Source: Haplodiscus bocki (lineage: Eukaryota). From it: a DNA stretch of 64,000 nt. This document shows, in pieces, positions 28,600-42,100 of this stretch (positions within the stretch are counted from its first letter, which is position 1; every line of letters begins with the position of its first letter). The position numbers and the translations under genes are program-made. The stretch is taken from assembly GCA_965655095.1 (NCBI GenBank), contig OZ296659.1, positions 3,348,001-3,412,000 of the forward strand, written 5' to 3'. The notes beneath the pieces are model-generated. The model saw nothing but the letters and a program-made list of their open reading frames with translations. It did not search any database and was not told where the DNA came from.

Positions 28600-31500
28600 T
28601 TGGATCGTTTCCGTTATGAAATAGATGAAAAAATAGCCTTTACTGGGATCAAAATACGGCCTTGTAAATTTTGGAACACTGCTGCCCTGCCCACGAGACC
28701 ACGATTTTACCATATGAACAAGAAAGTCAATATAATAATACTAGTTGCCTCATTGTGGCAAAAAGCTAAATAAACAGTTTCAGATCTGGACTTGTTGATG
28801 ATGTCGAATCCTAATGATAGTGAAATGGGTGATGGTATCACAGTAGATTGTAACACACTGGGTCAACCAGGGCCGTGATACCAAGACAAAACGTTCATCA
28901 TGGAAAGCAATGTGTGACAAGGTCAGCCCCTGAACTCAGTCCCTGGATTGAATCAGAAGACGTCTTGTTATTGAAATTGATGAAAGTATCCAAAGATCGT
29001 TTGAAGCTCTGGTTTCTGACATCGGCAATTCCTTCAGGAGTGAGTTTCACCGACTTTTATTGGAAAGATCTGACAAGGCTTTTGAAGCTGGGAACCAGGA
29101 TGTGCTGGAGGAAATGAAAAGGTAGCTTTAGCTAATGGTGGAAACTTTACAAATTTTCTCAGCAGCCGAAAGTTTGGTTATTCAACTGGAGTGATGATGT
29201 TGAAATTTCTTTCCATGGAACTCTTGAAGTAATTTGAGAGGGAGAGAGAGAACGAGCGAGCTAATGATATATCCAGAAAAGTCCTTAATGTTCCGAGGAC
29301 GATAGATGTTGGCGTATCAGAAAATGGCATTTCATTTGCACATTGAATACCCTCAAATATGCCAGTCTTTTCCATCACTGTGCGTTTCTCGCTCAGAATC
29401 GCCATAGTTGATCTGCTTCAAGTTCAGGGGAAATCCCCCCGGCAACAACTGACTTCATTTCTGTGAAAATTAATGAAGTTTTACCCAAGTTTGAAAGAAT
29501 AGATTTGATCTAGGAGCGGGTTTATCCATTACAGATGTGTACGTTCAAATATATTGTTTCCATCCTTCTAATGAACAAGTTTGCATCGTGTAAATACCAA
29601 TTTAGGCACAAGTGATGACATTCTGGTACACGTATCACCTGAGAACCCATTTGGTTAAATCGAAGACGCGCAATTTATTGTTTACCACTTCAATAACTGT
29701 ATTCAAAGTAGTATGATTAGGTTAATATAAACAAGCCTGAAAGGCTAAAGTCGGAGTCGCCCGAAAGGTTCTTGCACATTTTCAAGGCTCGTTGATTTTG
29801 AGCGCTGGTAATGATTTCGGGAGATATATGAGGTGGAATCACGGAAATATTCTGAACCAAAATTCTAAATATCTTTCGAGAACAAGTGTAGTTTTTAGAT
29901 CGTTTCCGGTATGAAATAGATGAAAAATAGATTTTACTGGGATTAAAATACGGCCTTGTACTTTTTGGAACACTGTTGCCCTGCCCACAAGACCACGATT
30001 GTACCATATGAACAACAAAATCAATATAATAGTACTAGTTGCCTCATTGTGGCAAAAAGCTAAATAAACAGTTTCAGATCTGGACTTGTTGATGATGTCG
30101 AATCCTAATGATAGTCAAATGGATGGTATCACAGTAGATTGTAACACGATGGGTCAACCAGGGCCGTGATACCAAGACAAAACGTTCATCATGGAAAGCA
30201 ATGTGTGACAAGGTCAGCCCCTGAACTCAGCCCTGGATTGAATCAGAAGACGTCTTGTTATTGAAATTGATGAAAGTATCCAAAGATCGTTTAAAGCTCT
30301 GGTTCCTGACATCGGCAATTCCTTCAGGAATGAGTTTCACCGACTACTATTGGAAAGTTCTGACAAGGCTTTTCAAGCTGGGAACCAGGATGTGCTGGAG
30401 GAGATGAAAAGGGAGCTTTAGCTAATGGTAGAAACTTTACAAATTTTCTCAGCAGCCGAAAGTTTGGCTATTCAACTGGAGTGATGATGTTGAAGTTTCT
30501 TTCCATGGAACTCTTGAAGTTATTTGAGAGAGAGAGAGAGAGAGCGAGCTAATGATATGCCCAAAAAGTCCTTAATGTTCCGAGGACGATAGATGTTGGC
30601 GTATCAGAAGATGCCATTTCATTGGCACATTGATTACCCTCAAATATGCCAGTCTCTTCCATCACTGTGCGTTTGTCGCTCAGAATCGCCATATTTGATC
30701 TGCTTCAAGTTCAGGGGAAATCCCCCGGCAACAACTGACTTCATTTCTGTGAATTATAATGGAATTTTACCAGAGTTTGAAAGAATAGATTTGATTTAGG
30801 AGCGGGTTTATCCATTACACATGTGTACGTTCAAGTATATTGTTTCCATCCTTCTAATGAACAATTTTGCATCGTGTAAATACCAATTTGGGCACAAGTA
30901 AAGACATTCTGGTACACGTTTCACCTAAGAACCCATTTGGTTAAATCGATGAAGCACAATTTATTGTTTACCACCTCGAAAACTGTATTCAAAGTAGTCT
31001 GATTAGGCTAATATAAACAGGCCTGGAAGGCTAAAGTCGGAGTCGCCCGAAACGTACTTGCACCTTTTGAAGGCTCGTTGACTTTGAGTGCTGGTAATGA
31101 TTTCGGGAGATATATGAGGTGGTATCAGGGTATTATTCTGAACCAGAATTCTAAATATCTTTCGAGAACAAGTGTAGTTTGTGGATCGTTTCCGTTATGA
31201 AATAGATGAAAAAATAGCCTTTACTGGGATCAAAATACGGCCTTGTAAATTTTGGAACACTGTTGCCCTGCCCACGAGACCACGATTGTACCATATGAAC
31301 AATTGTACCACATATGCCTCATTGTGGCAAAAAGCTAAATAAACAGTTTCAGATCTGGACTTGTTGATGATGTCGAATCCTAATGATAGTGAAATGGGTG
31401 ATGGTATCACAGTAGATTGTAACACAATGGGTCAACCAGGGCGGTGATACCAAGACAAAACGTTCATCATGGAAAGCAATGTGTGACAAGGTCAGCCCCT

Positions 31501-33084
31501 GAACTCAGCCCTGGATTGAATCAGAAGACGTCTTGTTATTGAAATTGATGAAAGTATCCAAAGATCGTTTAAAGCTCTGGTTCCTGACATCGGCAATTCC
31601 TTCAGGAGTGAGTTTCACCGACTTTTTTGGAAAGTTCTGACAAGGCTTTTCAAGCTGGGAAACAGGATGTGCTGGAGGAGATGAAAATGGAGGTTTAGCT
31701 AATGGTGGAAACTTTACAAATTTTCTCAGCAGCTGAAAGTTCTGTTATTCAACTGGAGTGATGATGTTGAAGTTTCTTTCCATGGAACTCTTGAAGTAAT
31801 TTGAGAGAGAGAGCGAGCGAGCGAGCTAATGATATATCCAGAAAAGTCCTTGATGTTCCGAGGACGATAGATGTTGGCGTATCAGAAAATGGCATTTCAT
31901 TTGCACATTGAATACTCTCAAATATGCCAGTCTTTTCCATCACTGTGCGTTTGTCGCTCAGAATCGCCATATATGATCTGCTTCAAGTTCAGGGGAAATC
32001 CGCCGGCAACAACTGACTTCATTTCTGTGAAAATTAATGAAGTTTTACCCAAGTTTGAAAGAAAAGATTTGATTTAGGAGCGGGTTTATCCATTACAGAT
32101 GTGTACGTTCAAGTATATTGTTTCCATCCTTCTAATGAACAAGTTTGCATCGTGTAAATACCAATTTAGGCACAAGTAATGACATTCTGGTACACGTATC
32201 ACCTAAGAACCCATTTGGTTAAATCGAAGAAGCGCAATTTATTGTTTAACACTTCAATAACTGTATTCAAAGTAGTTTGATGAGGCTAATATAAACAAAC
32301 CTGGAAGGCTAAAGTCGGAGTCGCCCGAAAGGTTCTTGCACTTTTTCAAGGCTCGTTGAGTTTGAGCGCTGGTAATGATTTCGGGAGATATATGATGTGG
32401 TATCACGGAATTATTCTGAACCAAAATTCTAAATATCTTTCGAGAACAAGTGTAGTTTTTAGATCGTTTCCGGTATGAAATAGATGAAAAATAGACTTTA
32501 CTGGGATTAAATTACGGCCTTGTACTTTTTGGAACGCTGTTGCCCTGCCCACAAGGCCACGATTGTACTATATGAGCAAGAAAATCATTATTATACTACT
32601 AGTTGCCTCGTGGCAATAAGCTAAATAAACAGTTTCAGTTCTGAACTTGTTGATGATGTCGAATCCTAATGATAGTCAAATGGGTGATAGTATCACAGGA
32701 GATTGTAACACAATGGGTCAACCAGGGCCGTGATACCAAGACAAAACGTTCATCATGGAAAGCAATGTGTGACAAGGTCAGCCCCTGAACTCAGCCCTGG
32801 ATTGAATCAGAAGACGTCTTGTTATTGAAATTGATGAAAGTATCCAAAGATCGTTTAAAGCTCTGGTTCCTGACATCGGCAATTCCTTCAGGAATGAGTT
32901 TCACCGACTACTATTGGAAAGTTCTGACAAGGCTTTTCAAGCTGGGAACCAGGATGTGCTGGAGGAGATGAAAAGGGAGCTTTAGCTAATGGTAGAAACT
33001 TTACAAATTTTCTCAGCAGCCGAAAGTTTGGCTATTCAACTGGAGTGATGATGTTGAAGTTTCTTTCCAGGGAACTCTTGAAGT

Positions 33085-33136
<52 letters not shown>

Positions 33137-36100
33137 CTAATGATATGCCCAAAAAGTCCTTAATGTTCCGAGGACGATAGATGTTGGCGTATCAGAAGAT
33201 GGCATTTCATTGGCACATTGATTACCCTCAAATATGCCAGTCTTTTCCATCACTGTGCGTTTTTCGCTCAGAATCGCCATATTTGATCTGCTTCAAGTTC
33301 AGGGGAAATCCCCCGGCAACAACTGACTTCATTTCTGTGAATTATAATGGATTTTTACCCAAGTTTGAAAGAATAGATTTGATTTAGGAGCGGGTTTACC
33401 CATTACAGATGTGTACGTTCAAGTATATTGTTTCCATCCTTCTAATGAACAAGTTTGCATCGTGTAAATACCAGTTTGGGCACAAGTAAAGACATTCTGG
33501 TACACGTTTCACCTAAGAACCCATTTGGTTAAATCGATGAAGCACAATTTATTGTTTACCACCTCAATAACTGTATTCAAAGTAGTATGATTAGGCTGAT
33601 ATAAACAAGCCTGGAAGGCTAAAGTCGGAGTCGCCCGAAACGTACTCGCACCTTTTGAAGGCTCGTTGACTTTGAGTGCTGGTAATGATTTCGGGAGATA
33701 TATGAGGTGGTATCACGGTATTATTCTGAACCAGAATTCTAAATATCTTTCGAGAACAAGTGTAGTTTTTGGATCGTTTCCGTTATGAAATAGATGAAAA
33801 AATAGCCTTTACTGGGATCAAAATACGGCCTTGTAAATTTTGGAACACTGTTGCCCTGCCCACGAGACCACGATTGTACCATGTGAACAAGAAAATCAAT
33901 ATAATAATACTAGTTGCCTCATTGTGGCAAAAAATTAAATAAACAGTTTGAGATCTGGACTTGTTGATGTCGAATCCTAATGATAGTGAAATGGGTGATG
34001 GTATCACAGTAGATTGTAACACAATGGGTCAACCAGGGCCGTGATACCAAGACAAAACGTTCATCATGGAAAGCAATGTGTGACAAGGTCAGCCCCTGAA
34101 CTCAGTCCCTGGATTGAATCAGAAGACGTCTTGTTATTGAAATTGATGAAAGTATCCAAATATCGTTTGAAGCTCTGGTTTCTGACATCGGCAATTCCTT
34201 CAGGAGTGAGTTTCACCGACTTTTTTTTGGAAAGTTCTGACAAGGCTTTTCAAGCTGGGAACCAGGATGTGCTAGAGGAGATGAAAAGGGAGCTTTAGCT
34301 AATGGTGGAAACTTTACAAATTTTCTCAGCAGCCGAAAGTTTGGTTATTCAACTGGAGTGATGATGTTGAAGTTTCTTTCCATGGAACTCTTGAAGTAAT
34401 TTGAGAGAGAGAGCGAGCGAGCGAGCTAATGATATATCCAGAAAAGTCCTTGATGTTCCGAGGACGATAGATGTTGGCGTATCAGAAAATGGCATTTCAT
34501 TTGGACATTGAATACCCTCAAATATGCCAGTCTTTTCCATCACTGTGCGTTTGTCGCTCAGAATCGCCATATTTGATCTGTTTCAAGTTCAGGAGAAATC
34601 CGCCGGCAACAACTGACTTCATTTCTGTGAAAATTAATGAAGTTTTACCCAAGTTTGAAAGAATAGATTTGATTTAGGAGCGGGTTTACCCATTACAGAT
34701 GTGTACGTTCAAGTATATTGTTTCCATCCTTCTAATGAACAAGTTTGCATCGTGTAAATACCAGTTTGGGCACAAGTAAAGACATTCTGGTACACGTTTC
34801 ACCTAAGAACCCATTTGGTTAAATCGATGAAGCACAATTTATTGTTTACCACCTCAATAACTGTATTCAAAGTAGTATGATTAGGCTGATATAAACAAGC
34901 CTGGAAGGCTAAAGTCGGAGTCGCCCGAAACGTACTCGCACCTTTTGAAGGCTCGTTGACTTTGAGTGCTGGTAATGATTTCGGGAGATATATGAGGTGG
35001 TATCACGGTATTATTCTGAACCAGAATTCTAAATATCTTTCGAGAACAAGTGTAGTTTTTGGATCGTTTCCGTTATGAAATAGATGAAAAAATAGCCTTT
35101 ACTGGGATCAAAATACGGCCTTGTAAATTTTGGAACACTGTTGCCCTGCCCACGAGACCACGATTGTACCATGTGAACAAGAAAATCAATATAATAATAC
35201 TAGTTGCCTCATTGTGGCAAAAAATTAAATAAACAGTTTGAGATCTGGACTTGTTGATGTCGAATCCTAATGATAGTGAAATGGGTGATGGTATCACAGT
35301 AGATTGTAACACAATGGGTCAACCAGGGCCGTGATACCAAGACAAAACGTTCATCATGGAAAGCAATGTGTGACAAGGTCAGCCCCTGAACTCAGTCCCT
35401 GGATTGAATCAGAAGACGTCTTGTTATTGAAATTGATGAAAGTATCCAAATATCGTTTGAAGCTCTGGTTTCTGACATCGGCAATTCCTTCAGGAGTGAG
35501 TTTCACCGACTTTTTTTTGGAAAGTTCTGACAAGGCTTTTCAAGCTGGGAACCAGGATGTGCTAGAGGAGATGAAAAGGGAGCTTTAGCTAATGGTGGAA
35601 ACTTTACAAATTTTCTCAGCAGCCGAAAGTTTGGTTATTCAACTGGAGTGATGATGTTGAAGTTTCTTTCCATGGAACTCTTGAAGTAATTTGAGAGAGA
35701 GAGCGAGCGAGCGAGCTAATGATATATCCAGAAAAGTCCTTGATGTTCCGAGGACGATAGATGTTGGCGTATCAGAAAATGGCATTTCATTTGGACATTG
35801 AATACCCTCAAATATGCCAGTCTTTTCCATCACTGTGCGTTTGTCGCTCAGAATCGCCATATTTGATCTGTTTCAAGTTCAGGAGAAATCCGCCGGCAAC
35901 AACTGACTTCATTTCTGTGAAAATTAATGAAGTTTTACCCAAGTTTGAAAGAATAGATTTGATTTAGGAGCGGGTTTATCCATTACAGATGGTACGTTCA
36001 AGTATATTGTTTCCATCCTTCTAATGAACAAGTTTGCATCATGTAAATACCAATTTAGGCACAAGTAATGACATTCTGGTACACGTATCACCTAAGAACC

Positions 36101-39100
36101 CATTTGGTTAAATCGAAGAAGCGCAATTTATTGTTTACCACTTCAATAACTGTATTCAAAGTAGTATGATTAGGTTAATATAAACAAGCCTGGAACGCTA
36201 AAGTCGGAGTCGCCCGAAAGGTTCTTGCACATTTTCAAGGCTCGTTGAATTTGAGCGCTGGTAATGATTTCGGGAGATATATGATGTGGTATCACGGAAT
36301 TATTCTGAACCAAAATTCTAAATATCTTTCGAGAACAAGTGTAGTTTTTAGATCGTTTCCGGTATGAAATAGATGAAAAATAGACTTTACTGGGATTAAA
36401 ATACGGCCTTGTACTTTTTGGAACGCTGTTGCCCTGCCCACAAGGCCACGATTGTACTATATGAGCAAGAAAATCATTATTATACTACTAGTCGCCTCAT
36501 TGTGGCAATAAGCTAAATAAACAGTTTCAGTTCTGAACTTGTTGATGATGTCGAATCCTAATGATAGTCAAATGGGTGATAGTATCACAGGAGATTGTAA
36601 CACAATGGGTCAACCAGGGCCGTGATACCAAGACAAAACGTTCATCATGGAAAGCAATGTGTGACAAGGTCAGCCCCTGAACTCAGTCCCTGGATTGAAT
36701 CAGAAGACGTCTTGTTATTGAAATTGATGAAAGTATCCAAAGATCGTTTAAAGCTCTGGTTCCTGACATCGGCAATTCCTTCAGGAATGAGTTTCACCGA
36801 CTACTATTGGAAAGTTCTGACAAGGCTTTTCAGGCTGGGAACCAGGATGTGCTGGAGGAGATGAAAAGGGAGCTTTAGCTACTGGTAGAAACTTTACAAA
36901 TTTTCTCAGCAGCCGAAAATTTGGTTATTCAACTGGAGTGATGATGTTGAAGTTTCTTTCCATGGAACTCTCGAAGTAATTTGAGAGAGAGAGAGAGAGA
37001 GCGAGAGAGCTAATGATATACCCAGAAAAGTCCTTAAAGTTCCGAGGACGATAGATGTTGGCGTATCAGAAGATGGCATTTCATTGGCACATTGATTACC
37101 CTCAAATATGCCAGTCTTTTCCATCACTGTGCGTTTGTCGCTCAGAATCGCCATTTTTGATCTGCTTCAAGTTCAGGGGAAATCCGCCGGCAACAACTGA
37201 CTTCATTTCTGTGAAAATTAATGAAATTTTACCCAAGTTTGAAAGAATAGATTTGATTTAGGAGCGGGTTTACCCATTACAGATGTGTACGTTCAAGTAT
37301 ATTGTTTCCATCCTTCTAATGAACAAGTTTGCATCGTGTAAATATCAATTTAGGCACAAGTAATGACATTCTGGTACACGTATCACCTAAGAACCCATTT
37401 GGTTAAATCGATGAAGCACAATTTATTGTTTACCACCTCAATAACTGTTTTCAAAGTAGTATGATTAGGCTAATATAAACAAGCCTGGAAGGCTAAAGTC
37501 GGAGTCGCCCGAAACATACTTGCACCTTTTCAAGGCTCGTTGACTTTGAGTGCTGGTAATGATTTCGGGAGATATATGAGGTGGTATCACGGTATTATTC
37601 TGAACCAGAATTCTAAATATCTTTCGAGAACAAGTGTAGTTTTTGGATCGTTTCCGTTATGAAATAGATGAAAAAATAGCCTTTACTGGGATCAAAATAC
37701 GGCCTTGTAAATTTTGGAACACTGCTGCCCTGCCCACGAGACCACGATTTTACCATATGAACAAGAAAGTCAATATAATAATACTAGTTGCCTCATTGTG
37801 GCAAAAAGCTAAATAAACAGTTTCAGATCTGGACTTGTTGATGATGTCGAATCCTAATGATAGTGAAATGGGTGATGGTATCACAGTAGATTGTAACACA
37901 CTGGGTCAACCAGGGCCGTGATACCAAGACAAAACGTTCATCATGGAAAGCAATGTGTGACAAGGTCAGCCCCTGAACTCAGTCCCTGGATTGAATCAGA
38001 AGACGTCTTGTTATTGAAATTGATGAAAGTATCCAAAGATCGTTTGAAGCTCTGGTTTCTGACATCGGCAATTCCTTCAGGAGTGAGTTTCACCGACTTT
38101 TATTGGAAAGATCTGACAAGGCTTTTGAAGCTGGGAACCAGGATGTGCTGGAGGAAATGAAAAGGTAGCTTTAGCTAATGGTGGAAACTTTACAAATTTT
38201 CTCAGCAGCCGAAAGTTTGGTTATTCAACTGGAGTGATGATGTTGAAGTTTCTTTCCATGGAACTCTTGAAGTAATTTGAGAGGGAGAGAGAGAACGAGC
38301 GAGCTAATGATATATCCAGAAAAGTCCTTAATGTTCCGAGGACGATAGATGTTGGCGTATCAGAAAATGGCATTTCATTTGCACATTGAATACCCTCAAA
38401 TATGCCAGTCTTTTCCATCACTGTGCGTTTCTCGCTCAGAATCGCCATAGTTGATCTGCTTCAAGTTCAGGGGAAATCCCCCCGGCAACAACTGACTTCA
38501 TTTCTGTGAAAATTAATGAAGTTTTACCCAAGTTTGAAAGAATAGATTTGATCTAGGAGCGGGTTTATCCATTACAGATGTGTACGTTCAAATATATTGT
38601 TTCCATCCTTCTAATGAACAAGTTTGCATCGTGTAAATACCAATTTAGGCACAAGTGATGACATTCTGGTACACGTATCACCTGAGAACCCATTTGGTTA
38701 AATCGAAGACGCGCAATTTATTGTTTACCACTTCAATAACTGTATTCAAAGTAGTATGATTAGGTTAATATAAACAAGCCTGAAAGGCTAAAGTCGGAGT
38801 CGCCCGAAAGGTTCTTGCACATTTTCAAGGCTCGTTGATTTTGAGCGCTGGTAATGATTTCGGGAGATATATGAGGTGGAATCACGGAAATATTCTGAAC
38901 CAAAATTCTAAATATCTTTCGAGAACAAGTGTAGTTTTTAGATCGTTTCCGGTATGAAATAGATGAAAAATAGATTTTACTGGGATTAAAATACGGCCTT
39001 GTACTTTTTGGAACACTGTTGCCCTGCCCACAAGACCACGATTGTACCATATGAACAACAAAATCAATATAATAGTACTAGTTGCCTCATTGTGGCAAAA

Positions 39101-42100
39101 AGCTAAATAAACAGTTTCAGATCTGGACTTGTTGATGATGTCGAATACTAATGATAGTCAAATGGGTGATGGTATCACAGTAGATTGTAACACAATGGGT
39201 CAACCAGGGCCGTGATACCAAGACAAAACGTTCATCATGGAAAGCAATGTGTGACAAGGTCAGCCCCTGAACTCAGCCCTGGATTGAATCAGAAGACGTC
39301 TTGTTATTGAAATTGATGAAAGTATCCAAAGATCGTTTAAAGCTCTGGTTCCAGACATCGGCACTTCCTTCAGGAATGAGTTTCACCGACTACTATTGGA
39401 AAGTTCTGACAAGGCTTTTCAAGCTGGGAACCAGGATGTGCTGGAGGAGATGAAAAGGGAGCTTTAGCTAATGGTAGAAACTTTACAAATTTTCTCAGCA
39501 GCCGAAAGTTTGGCTATTCAACTGGAGTGATGATGTTGAAGTTTCTTTCCATGGAACTCTTGAAGTTATTTGAGAGAGAGAGAGAGAGAGCGAGCTAATG
39601 ATATGCCCAAAAAGTCCTTAATGTTCCGAGGACGATAGATGTTGGCGTATCAGAAGATGCCATTTCATTGGCACATTGATTACCCTCAAATATGCCAGTC
39701 TCTTCCATCACTGTGCGTTTTTCGCTCAGAATCGCCATATTTGATCTGCTTCAAGTTCAGGGGAAATCCCCCGGCAACAACTGACTTCATTTCTGTGAAT
39801 TATAATGGAATTTTACCAGAGTTTGAAAGAATAGATTTGATTTAGGAGCGGGTTTATCCATTACACATGTGTACGTTCAAGTATATTGTTTCCATCCTTC
39901 TAATGAACAAGTTTGCATCGTGTAAATACCAATTTGGGCACAAGTAAAGACATTCTGGTACACGTTTCACCTAAGAACCCATTTGGTTAAATCGATGAAG
40001 CACAATTTATTGTTTACCACCTCGAAAACTGTATTCAAAGTAGTCTGATTAGGCTAATATAAACAGGCCTGGAAGGCTAAAGTCGGAGTCGCCCGAAACG
40101 TACTTGCACCTTTTGAAGGCTCGTTGACTTTGAGTGCTGGTAATGATTTCGGGAGATATATGAGGTGGTATCAGGGTATTATTCTGAACCAGAATTCTAA
40201 ATATCTTTCGAGAACAAGTGTAGTTTGTGGATCGTTTCCGTTATGAAATAGATGAAAAAATAGCCTTTACTGGGATCAAAATACGGCCTTGTAAATTTTG
40301 GAACACTGTTGCCCTGCCCACGAGACCACGATTGTACCATATGAACAATTGTACCACATATGCCTCATTGTGGCAAAAAGCTAAATAAACAGTTTCAGAT
40401 CTGGACTTGTTGATGATGTCGAATCCTAATGATAGTGAAATGGGTGATGGTATCACAGTAGATTGTAACACAATGGGTCAACCAGGGCGGTGATACCAAG
40501 ACAAAACGTTCATCATGGAAAGCAATGTGTGACAAGGTCAGCCCCTGAACTCAGCCCTGGATTGAATCAGAAGACGTCTTGTTATTGAAATTGATGAAGG
40601 TATCCAAAGATCGTTTAAAGCTCTGGTTCCTGACATCGGCAATTCCTTCAGGAGTGAGTTTCACCGACTTTTTTGGAAAGTTCTGACAAGGCTTTTCAAG
40701 CTGGGAACCAGGATGTGCTGGAGGAGATGAAAATGGAGGTTTAGCTAATGGTGGAAACTTTACAAATTTTCTCAGCAGCTGAAAGTTCTGTTATTCAACT
40801 GGAGTGATGATGTTGAAGTTTCTTTCCATGGAACTCTTGAAGTAATTTGAGAGAGAGAGCGAGCGAGCGAGCTAATGATATATCCAGAAAAGTCCTTGAT
40901 GTTCCGAGGACGATAGATGTTGGCGTATCAGAAAATGGCATTTCATTTGCACATTGAATACTCTCAAATATGCCAGTCTTTTCCATCACTGTGCGTTTGT
41001 CGCTCAGAATCGCCATATTTGATCTGCTTCAAGTTCAGGGGAAATCCGCCGGCAACAACTGACTTCATTTCTGTGAAAATTAATGAAGTTTTACCCAAGT
41101 TTGAAAGAAAAGATTTGATTTAGGAGCGGGTTTATCCATTACAGATGTGTACGTTCAAGTATATTGTTTCCATCCTTCTAATGAACAAGTTTGCATCGTG
41201 TAAATACCAATTTAGGCACAAGTAATGACATTCTGGTACACGTATCACCTAAGAACCCATTTGGTTAAATCGAAGAAGCGCAATTTATTGTTTAACACTT
41301 CAATAACTGTATTCAAAGTAGTTTGATGAGGCTAATATAAACAAACCTGGAAGGCTAAAGTCGGAGTCGCCCGAAAGGTTCTTGCACTTTTTCAAGGCTC
41401 GTTGAGTTTGAGCGCTGGTAATGATTTCGGGAGATATATGATGTGGTATCACGGAATTATTCTGAACCAAAATTCTAAATATCTTTCGAGAACAAGTGTA
41501 GTTTTTAGATCGTTTCCGGTATGAAATAGATGAAAAATAGACTTTACTGGGATTAAATTACGGCCTTGTACTTTTTGGAACGCTGTTGCCCTGCCCACAA
41601 GGCCACGATTGTACTATATGAGCAAGAAAATCATTATTATACTACTAGTTGCCTCATTGTGGCAATAAGCTAAATAAACAGTTTCAGTTCTGAACTTGTT
41701 GATGATGTCGAATCCTAATGATAGTCAAATGGGTGATAGTATCACAGGAGATTGTAACACAATGGGTCAACCAGGGCCGTGGTACCAAGACAAAACGTTC
41801 ATCATGGAAAGCAATGTGTGACAAGGTCAGCCCCTGAACTCAGCCCTGGATTGAATCAGAAGACGTCTTGTTATTGAAATTGATGAAAGTATCCAAAGAT
41901 CGTTTAAAGCTCTGGTTCCTGACATCGGCAATTCCTTCAGGAATGAGTTTCACCGACTACTATTGGAAAGTTCTGACAAGGCTTTTCAAGCTGGGAACCA
42001 GGATGTGCTGGAGGAGATGAAAAGGGAGCTTTAGCTAATGGTAGAAACTTTACAAATTTTCTCAGCAGCCGAAAGTTTGGCTATTCAACTGGAGTGATGA

